From IMG/VR virus record IMGVR_UViG_3300003375_000024: a DNA stretch of 64,000 nt; one strand, given 5' to 3'. Below, piece by piece: positions 58,817 to 64,000 of this stretch. The notes under the pieces were generated by a model. It made no database searches. It was not told the DNA's origin and saw only the letters and a program-made list of their open reading frames with translations. Positions within the stretch are counted from its first letter, which is position 1, and every line of letters begins with the position of its first letter. Source of the DNA: an uncultured virus (IMG/VR IMGVR_UViG_3300003375_000024). Its lineage: Duplodnaviria; Heunggongvirae; Uroviricota; Caudoviricetes. The translations under genes were made by a program, and so were the position numbers.

Positions 58817-59203
58817 ATGACCACATTGTTCAGCTTTGAAGCAGACGTTAGCGAGTTGGACCAGGCTCGCTCGGAGTATAGCGATTTTCACAAAGAAGCA
58901 TTCGGCTTTCGCCCGCGCTGGGACTACAGCGCAATGACGCTCGCGGACTTTGACCGCGAGTTCGAGTATCTTGCACAAGAGTGCAAGCGCAATGCAGAAC
59001 TACGCGCCGAGGCCGAGGCCGCCGCCTCAGTACGTCTTGAGCAGCGCATACTAAGCCTGCTTGAGTGTGGGGCTAAGAGCCGTGCAATGGCTCTGCGCTG
59101 GCTTGACGAAGCCGAAGGCACCAGAGGTGATGTTGACTTTCTGTGCTATTGTCTTGGTGTAGATTACGGCTACATCAAGCAAGAAGACCTGCTTGATTCA
59201 TAG
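58817..59203 (+). CDS. Early cassette hypothetical protein
   Basis: YSDFHKEAFGFRPR...GAKSRAMALRWL. Confidence 0.72.
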   Translation: MTTLFSFEADVSELDQARSEYSDFHKEAFGFRPRWDYSAMTLADFDREFEYLAQECKRNAELRAEAEAAASVRLEQRILSLLECGAKSRAMALRWLDEAEGTRGDVDFLCYCLGVDYGYIKQEDLLDS

Positions 59204-59368
59204 GTCTGCCGGCCCATAGGAGAGCCCTGGTGCTCTCCCAGCCATGTGGTTGATACTAACACGTGGGTCTGTGCAAAAGCAACGCATAGGCTGTTTTAAT
59301 CTCATTTGACAATTAAATCGTCAGGCTGTACAATGTAGTTCTTGAAGCAAACAACACGGAGAAAGACC

Positions 59369-59659
59369 ATGATTTCAGCAGCCAAGCTTGAAGTGTTCAC
59401 TAAAATGTCATCAGACTCGCTGACAGATATTATGCTTGACCAAGGCTACGACAACAGCGATGAGCCAATTTTGTTCACGCGGTTCAAGGGAATCAAAACA
59501 CGCAGTGCGACAAAGCTTGACTTTTTGTACATCGTATCGTATCTAGACGGCCACGTTAAAGGCGGGTTAGCTGATGCGACTATCATTGTGACATATGATA
59601 CAATGACAGAAAAGCTTGATGTTGAGTACGCAGATGGCAGAGAATACAACGAAGGTTAA
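59369..59659 (+). CDS. Early cassette hypothetical protein
   Basis: ATG after the GGAGA leader. Confidence 0.65.
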   Translation: MISAAKLEVFTKMSSDSLTDIMLDQGYDNSDEPILFTRFKGIKTRSATKLDFLYIVSYLDGHVKGGLADATIIVTYDTMTEKLDVEYADGREYNEG

Positions 59660-59747
59660 CTAAAAGGGGCTTAGTGCCCCTGCTGTTGACAATTAAATCG
59701 TCATCAGTTAATATATCAGTTCTGAAGCGAAACACACGGGGAAAGAC

Positions 59748-59924
59748 ATGGACCAAAAAGTAGAGCAGTTGCTAGAAGTGCAAGCGTTACTTCAGCAAGC
59801 TATTTACAAGCTGGGCAAAGTGGGCCTCAGGCGTGAGCGTGGCTATCGCACTAAAATGCACGACTTAGTGTTAGCAATAAATGCTGAGATTGAGAGCCTG
59901 CCCCAAGTAGAGCTTGACAATTAA
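59748..59924 (+). CDS. Early cassette hypothetical protein
   Basis: MDQKVEQL...ELDN*. Confidence 0.6.
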   Translation: MDQKVEQLLEVQALLQQAIYKLGKVGLRRERGYRTKMHDLVLAINAEIESLPQVELDN

Positions 59925-59976
59925 ATCGTAGTGTGCGACAATGTAGTTCTTGAAGCAAACGACACGGAGATCTAAA

Positions 59977-60141
59977 ATGGACCGAATTCAAAAGCTTGAG
60001 CAAGTCAATCGCCTCTTGACTATCGCTCATGAGTTACTTCACGACAATGACGAGAAAGCTCTTGCTGACCAATTGATTGACGTGATGGATGAAGTCAATG
60101 AAGTATTGTACGAATTAGAGCGTGACCCGCTTGACGATTAA
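59977..60141 (+). CDS. Early cassette hypothetical protein
   Basis: MDRIQKLE...PLDD*. Confidence 0.6.
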   Translation: MDRIQKLEQVNRLLTIAHELLHDNDEKALADQLIDVMDEVNEVLYELERDPLDD

Positions 60142-60159
60142 ATCATAGTCGAGTACAAT

Positions 60160-60225
60160 GTAGTTGTGGCCCAGTCGTGAGAACGCTTCACGATGCCGCG
60201 GATGACCGGGCCTCCGCTAACTCTC
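60160..60225 (+). ncRNA. Candidate small structured RNA in an ORF-less cassette
   Basis: ggcccagtc/gaccgggcc closing stem with an inner cgtga/tcacg hairpin; no RBS or ORF. Confidence 0.4.
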
Positions 60226-60296
60226 TGACAGCATCGCTTGACAATTAAATCAAGCGATGCTATAATTCTTTTACTGAAACGAAACGGGAGAAATTC

Positions 60297-60509
60297 ATGA
60301 AGACAGCAACGGTGCGAGGCGGTACAGTCAAGATTGGTGACTACGTTAGTTTTAAGAGCGACTATGAGCAATGCGGGAAAGTCGTTGACATTAAAGACGC
60401 ATGGGGTGGCACAATGCTAGTGCTTGAGAATGAGAACGGCTTCGGGGGCGATTATCTACAGTATGCTACTCGCACTCAAGAGATGGCTAGCGACTGCTGG
60501 GTAGAGTAA
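60297..60509 (+). CDS. Early cassette SH3-like protein
   Basis: VKIGD.VSFKSDYEQ.GKV..I...GFGGDY. Confidence 0.68.
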   Translation: MKTATVRGGTVKIGDYVSFKSDYEQCGKVVDIKDAWGGTMLVLENENGFGGDYLQYATRTQEMASDCWVE

Positions 60510-60594
60510 CTAAAGGGGGCTTAGTGCCCTCTTGCTTGACAATTAAATCGTCGTATGAGATAATTCTTTTGTCGAAACGAAACGGAGAAAGACC

Positions 60595-60792
60595 ATGACT
60601 AACGAACAATTCGCTAAAGCATACGAAGCCTACTTAGAGCAAGGTGGTCGTGTGATTGTACTTAAAGCTGCTAAGCCCCGTAAAGAAGAGCGGTGGTTGT
60701 CTAAGCGTTATACTATCGCTAGCATGGGCAATCTAAAGTCCCGTCTCACAGGTATCTCTAGTGTTGACAGAGTTAAAGACGGTACTGCTTGA
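60595..60792 (+). CDS. Early cassette hypothetical protein
   Basis: AYL..GG.V..L. Confidence 0.65.
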   Translation: MTNEQFAKAYEAYLEQGGRVIVLKAAKPRKEERWLSKRYTIASMGNLKSRLTGISSVDRVKDGTA

Positions 60793-60846
60793 CAATTAAA
60801 TCAAGTGGGGCTATAATAGCCCTACTGAAACGCAACGGAGAAAGTA

Positions 60847-61026
60847 ATGCAGACTAAATCGAAAAACCCTATCCCACGCAACGGGCTGTTTGCTGAAAAG
60901 ACTCTTGGCGAGTTACAAGAGTACATTGAGCAGATGTCGGCTAAAGAGAAGGCTTTTGCTTACATGATTATGACAATGACAATGAATTCTTGTCATCGTC
61001 TTGTAAACGAAGCAGAAACCGTGTAA
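60847..61026 (+). CDS. Early cassette hypothetical protein
   Basis: MQTKSKNPIPRNGLFA...; 59 aa. Confidence 0.6.
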   Translation: MQTKSKNPIPRNGLFAEKTLGELQEYIEQMSAKEKAFAYMIMTMTMNSCHRLVNEAETV

Positions 61027-61111
61027 TCAGGCGGGGGTTCGCCCCCGCTTGACAATTAAATCGCTGTCGTTTACAATGTAGTTCTTGAAGCAAACAACAC
61101 GGAGAAATACC

Positions 61112-61450
61112 ATGGGTTATGTAGACAACGCTGAGTTCAGCAACACCGACGATATGATTGATAGCGTGAACAATATCGTTCACAATCATGTGCAGAATAT
61201 GCGTCAGGTGGGCGCGGTGGAGCTTGGCCTAGATCGCCGGTGTGGGTCAGCATGGGTCAATGACGATTACATCGTTACAGATGCCGGTAGTCGATTTGAC
61301 TACTATGCAGGTTTCGAGTATGTAGACGCCGATGACATTCGCGTGGTTGGTGAATATAAATTCTATTCACGACATTCAAGTCGTATCGCTGATTGTCTTG
61401 AAAATCTGGCAGAGGCAGACGGGTTGTGTGAGTCAGAGCTTGACAATTAA
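61112..61450 (+). CDS. Early cassette hypothetical protein
   Basis: LGLDRRC...FDYYAGFEYVD. Confidence 0.7.
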   Translation: MGYVDNAEFSNTDDMIDSVNNIVHNHVQNMRQVGAVELGLDRRCGSAWVNDDYIVTDAGSRFDYYAGFEYVDADDIRVVGEYKFYSRHSSRIADCLENLAEADGLCESELDN

Positions 61451-61502
61451 ATCAGTATCGTCTACAATGTAGTTCTTGAAGCGAACAACACGGAGAAAGA
61501 CC

Positions 61503-61730
61503 ATGACTAATGACCAGAAGCTGGCAGTAAAAGCAATTCATGAGCTTAGCTCGTTGGCAGCTGACTTCAAGATGGGCATCATAAGCAACGATTACATTCG
61601 TGCTCAGCTGTTCAATGCGTTTGTTGGCATTGGCCTTGATGCGCCAAAAGTCGTAAAAGAAATTAAGTCCGCTATGCAGAACTGGGGCGAGTATGATGAC
61701 GAAGAAGAAGAAGACGAGCGGGTCGCTTGA
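61503..61730 (+). CDS. Early cassette hypothetical protein, acidic tail
   Basis: ATG after the leader. Confidence 0.62.
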   Translation: MTNDQKLAVKAIHELSSLAADFKMGIISNDYIRAQLFNAFVGIGLDAPKVVKEIKSAMQNWGEYDDEEEEDERVA

Positions 61731-61789
61731 CAATTAAATCAGTATCGTTTACAATGTAGTTCTTGAAGCAAACAACACGGAGAAATACC

Positions 61790-61978
61790 ATGACTGACTT
61801 TAACGCACAAGATTATCCCGACGGTGTAGAAGACGATCAGTACGAAGTCACCGGCTGTGCTGAGGGCGAGGAAGAGTATGACTACGACGATAGCATGGAT
61901 GGCGACTGGGACTCTGCCATGGCTTCGGCAGGGTTCGGTACCGACGAAGACTACGGCTTCGCTGACGAAGTTTATTAA
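61790..61978 (+). CDS. Highly acidic small protein (possible DNA mimic)
   Basis: DDSMDGDWDSAMASAGFGTDEDYG; contains no Lys or Arg. Confidence 0.65.
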   Translation: MTDFNAQDYPDGVEDDQYEVTGCAEGEEEYDYDDSMDGDWDSAMASAGFGTDEDYGFADEVY

Positions 61979-62209
61979 CTAGTATGCGCGAGGTTGACAA
62001 TTAAATCAACCTCGCGTACAATGTAGTTCTTGAAGCAGACAACGGAGAAAGACCATGCGTGAAAAGACAGCTGAAGACCTACGTGTACTTGCTGAACTCA
62101 AAGCAAAATTGTACACAGCATTACTAATGGCCCGCTTACAACGAGGTTGACAATTAAATCAACCTCGCGTACAATGTAGTTCTTGAAGCAAACAACACGG
62201 AGAAATACC

Positions 62210-62539
62210 ATGATTACAGTAGATCAAGTTCTAGTCGCAAAGCAAGCCGCAGTCCAGGCCTCTAACGAGTATTTCATGACACACCTCAAAGGCCGCGATA
62301 CCGGCGCGTGTGGGTTCGCATGGGTTGAAGTGTACGTTGACCGCACTAACAGCAAGCAGGCGCAAGAGCTGATCAAAGCCGGCTTCCGTAAAGACTACAA
62401 GCCCAAGTGCCTGTCGATGTGGAATCCCGGTGAGCTTCGTGCTCAGAACATTGACGCCAAAGATGCTGGCGCTAGACGCATGGCTGCAATGCTTGCGAAT
62501 CTTGGCTTGAAGGCCTACGCTGGCTCACGACTAGACTAG
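62210..62539 (+). CDS. Conserved phage early protein
   Basis: ACGFAWV...Q..D.K..GA...A..L...G..AYAGSRLD. Confidence 0.72.
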   Translation: MITVDQVLVAKQAAVQASNEYFMTHLKGRDTGACGFAWVEVYVDRTNSKQAQELIKAGFRKDYKPKCLSMWNPGELRAQNIDAKDAGARRMAAMLANLGLKAYAGSRLD

Positions 62540-62617
62540 CAGTACATACGCCTGGTTGACAATTAAATCAGCCAGGCGTATAATGTAGTTCTTGAAGCAA
62601 ACAACACGGAGAACGGC

Positions 62618-62806
62618 ATGGCTTATACTGAAAAGCAGTTAGACAAGATTTATAAGGCGCATGAAAAGTCAGGTCCGCGTGGTGCCTATTTTGATTGGTT
62701 TGGTTATCATCCGCTTCCGGGTAATAAAGGCACTCAAGACGTAGAGGATTTTATCATTGATTTTTATACTCAGTATAACGCTCTCGCCGGTTATCCTGTT
62801 TATTAA
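62618..62806 (+). CDS. Early cassette hypothetical protein
   Basis: Own promoter and RBS. Confidence 0.62.
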   Translation: MAYTEKQLDKIYKAHEKSGPRGAYFDWFGYHPLPGNKGTQDVEDFIIDFYTQYNALAGYPVY

Positions 62807-62935
62807 GAGTACCTCCACTGAGTAGGGTCAGTCGTTTCACCCCTTGAGCAAGGTTCCCTACCGCTCACCTCCACTTGACAATTAAATCAGCCTAACATAC
62901 AATGTAGTCATAGCAGTTAACAACAGGAGCTTACC

Positions 62936-63256
62936 ATGAAAAAAGTACTCGCAGTTCTTGTATTAGCGATTATGACTACAGGCTGTGCATCGGCACAAAA
63001 CCGTGGCTATAATCGTGGCTATGCCAATCCAGGCTACAACAATTCCTATCGTGTAAACAACGGTTACAACTATGCTGGCGCTGCCATCGTCGGAGCGGTC
63101 GTAGGAGCTGTGGCTGCTGGCGTCATTAGTCAATCATACGCCCAACCAATGTCACAGCCGGTGTGTTACCAGGTGCCCGCCACCACATATGTGCCTAGTC
63201 AATTGAACCCTAACCAGATGGTGCCTATCACCACCGTTAATACTGTTTGTCGTTAG
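62936..63256 (+). CDS. Lipoprotein with glycine-zipper
   Basis: MKKVLAVLVLAIMTTG-C lipobox; GAAIVGAVVGAVAAG. Confidence 0.7.
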   Translation: MKKVLAVLVLAIMTTGCASAQNRGYNRGYANPGYNNSYRVNNGYNYAGAAIVGAVVGAVAAGVISQSYAQPMSQPVCYQVPATTYVPSQLNPNQMVPITTVNTVCR

Positions 63257-63311
63257 TTGACAATTAAATCAGGTAGGTCTACAATAGACCTATCGAAACA
63301 GGAGAAGCAAA

Positions 63312-63494
63312 ATGCCTAAATTTTATTCAGAACAAGCCTTCCAAGAAATGGTGGCACAGTATGTAGCGAATGGTTTCACCACCTCAGCTGCCGAGGAGAT
63401 TGTTCGAGCAGAGGAAGTGATTGCCATGCAGGAATTTGATGAGTGGTTAGATGAGGTAGACGACACATCATACTACACAGACATTGACAATTAA
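63312..63494 (+). CDS. Early cassette acidic protein
   Basis: Ends IDN* in the next cassette. Confidence 0.62.
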   Translation: MPKFYSEQAFQEMVAQYVANGFTTSAAEEIVRAEEVIAMQEFDEWLDEVDDTSYYTDIDN

Positions 63495-63543
63495 ATCAGT
63501 ATCGGTTACAATGTAGTTCTTGACACACACAACGGAGAGTACC

Positions 63544-63729
63544 ATGTTTACAGATAAGCAAATGAAAGATTTTATAGCGTATCGCAAAGTCCAGCTGGGT
63601 GGCAAGTACAATATGTTTGATCCGCGAGCCACTCGGGCCACAGGTTTGTCCGAGTCCGAGTACGTGTTTGTAATGAAGAATTACACAGCATTGAGAGAAG
63701 CTGCCGAGAAAGCTGCGGTTGACAATTAA
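63544..63729 (+). CDS. Early cassette hypothetical protein
   Basis: Y.KVQ.GG.YNMFDPRA...TGLS..EY...MKNY. Confidence 0.68.
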   Translation: MFTDKQMKDFIAYRKVQLGGKYNMFDPRATRATGLSESEYVFVMKNYTALREAAEKAAVDN

Positions 63730-63777
63730 ATCACCATCGCTTATAATGTAGTCACTGAAACGAAACGGAGAAATACC

Positions 63778-64000
63778 ATGGCCTACATGTCCCAAGAAAA
63801 GAAAGCGAAACTTGCTCCCACCATCAAATCAATTCTTAAGCGGTATAACATCAAAGGCAGTCTGGCAGTCCGTAATCACAGTTCGCTTGTCTTGAACATC
63901 AAGTCAGGTCCGATTGACTTCATCACCAATACTAACGAGACCATCCAGCGCCAGCCAGGTGGCTTCCGTAACGGCTCACCAGCGGTAGATCGCATTCAGG
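63778..64000 (+). CDS. Conserved phage early protein, partial (runs off the window end)
   Basis: MAYMSQEKKAKLAPTIKSILKRYNIKGSLAVRNHSSLVLNIKSGPIDF. Confidence 0.7.
   Translation, partial: MAYMSQEKKAKLAPTIKSILKRYNIKGSLAVRNHSSLVLNIKSGPIDFITNTNETIQRQPGGFRNGSPAVDRIQ

Larger units (their letters stand above)
49992..63777 (+). repeat. Array of 40 promoter/leader cassettes TTGACAATTAAATC-N9-TAYAAT-gtagtt-(ctt/act)gaa-(g/a)caaacaacacGGAGA
   Basis: -35 hexamers at 49992, 50284, 50353, 50680, 50942, 51049, 51731, 52492, 52899, 53226, 53625, 53862, 54210, 54708, 55198, 55832, 56469, 56819, 57473, 58324, 58396, 58643, 58758, 59306, 59686, 59914, 60131, 60238, 60536, 60789, 61049, 61440, 61727, 61994, 62147, 62556, 62875, 63257, 63484 and 63719. 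Confidence 0.92.

Noticed and set aside
59342..63543. Shared N-terminal peptide MKQTTRR on several ORFs
   Set aside because: An artefact of translating the leader TTGAAGCAAACAACACGGAGA from a TTG; the real starts are the ATGs after GGAGA.
49992..63777. Repeat array as a CRISPR locus
   Set aside because: Spacing is irregular (about 70-850 bp), most intervals hold RBS-led ORFs, the repeats are canonical sigma70 promoters, and I saw no cas genes.
1..64000. tRNA/rRNA genes or alternative genetic code
   Set aside because: I recognised no T-loop/cloverleaf or rRNA signatures, and long genes read through intact with all three standard stops in use.

Overview
This window is a 64-kb segment of a large T4-like/jumbo bacteriophage genome. 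The host is probably a Betaproteobacterium (Burkholderiales), inferred from a phage-encoded Burkholderiales-type porin and OmpA. Genes are transcribed divergently from a non-coding, repeat-rich centre at about 48-50 kb. The left arm is mostly on the - strand. It carries fibre-like genes, auxiliary genes (ErpA, SOD, IF-1, SleB-like hydrolase, SPFH, a Prs/NAMPT pair resembling the NARP1 NAD+ anti-defence pathway, RNA ligase, PTH2-like hydrolase) and several homing endonucleases. It also carries, at 33.8-47.7 kb, a tandem array of about 38 small, highly divergent paralogs. These share a C-terminal F-x-x-E-x-D-A-x-x-F-x-L-[RK]-[WF] motif whose codons double as the RBS and start overlap of the next gene. 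The right arm (+ strand, 50-64 kb) is built from 40 near-identical sigma70 promoter/leader cassettes (TTGACAATTAAATC-N9-TAYAAT...AAACAACACGGAGA). Most drive one small gene and a few appear to drive a structured non-coding RNA. Several cassettes carry covarying hairpins, and many supply the stop codon of the preceding gene. I recognised no tRNA, rRNA or CRISPR array. All calls come from motif reading by eye; no searches were run.
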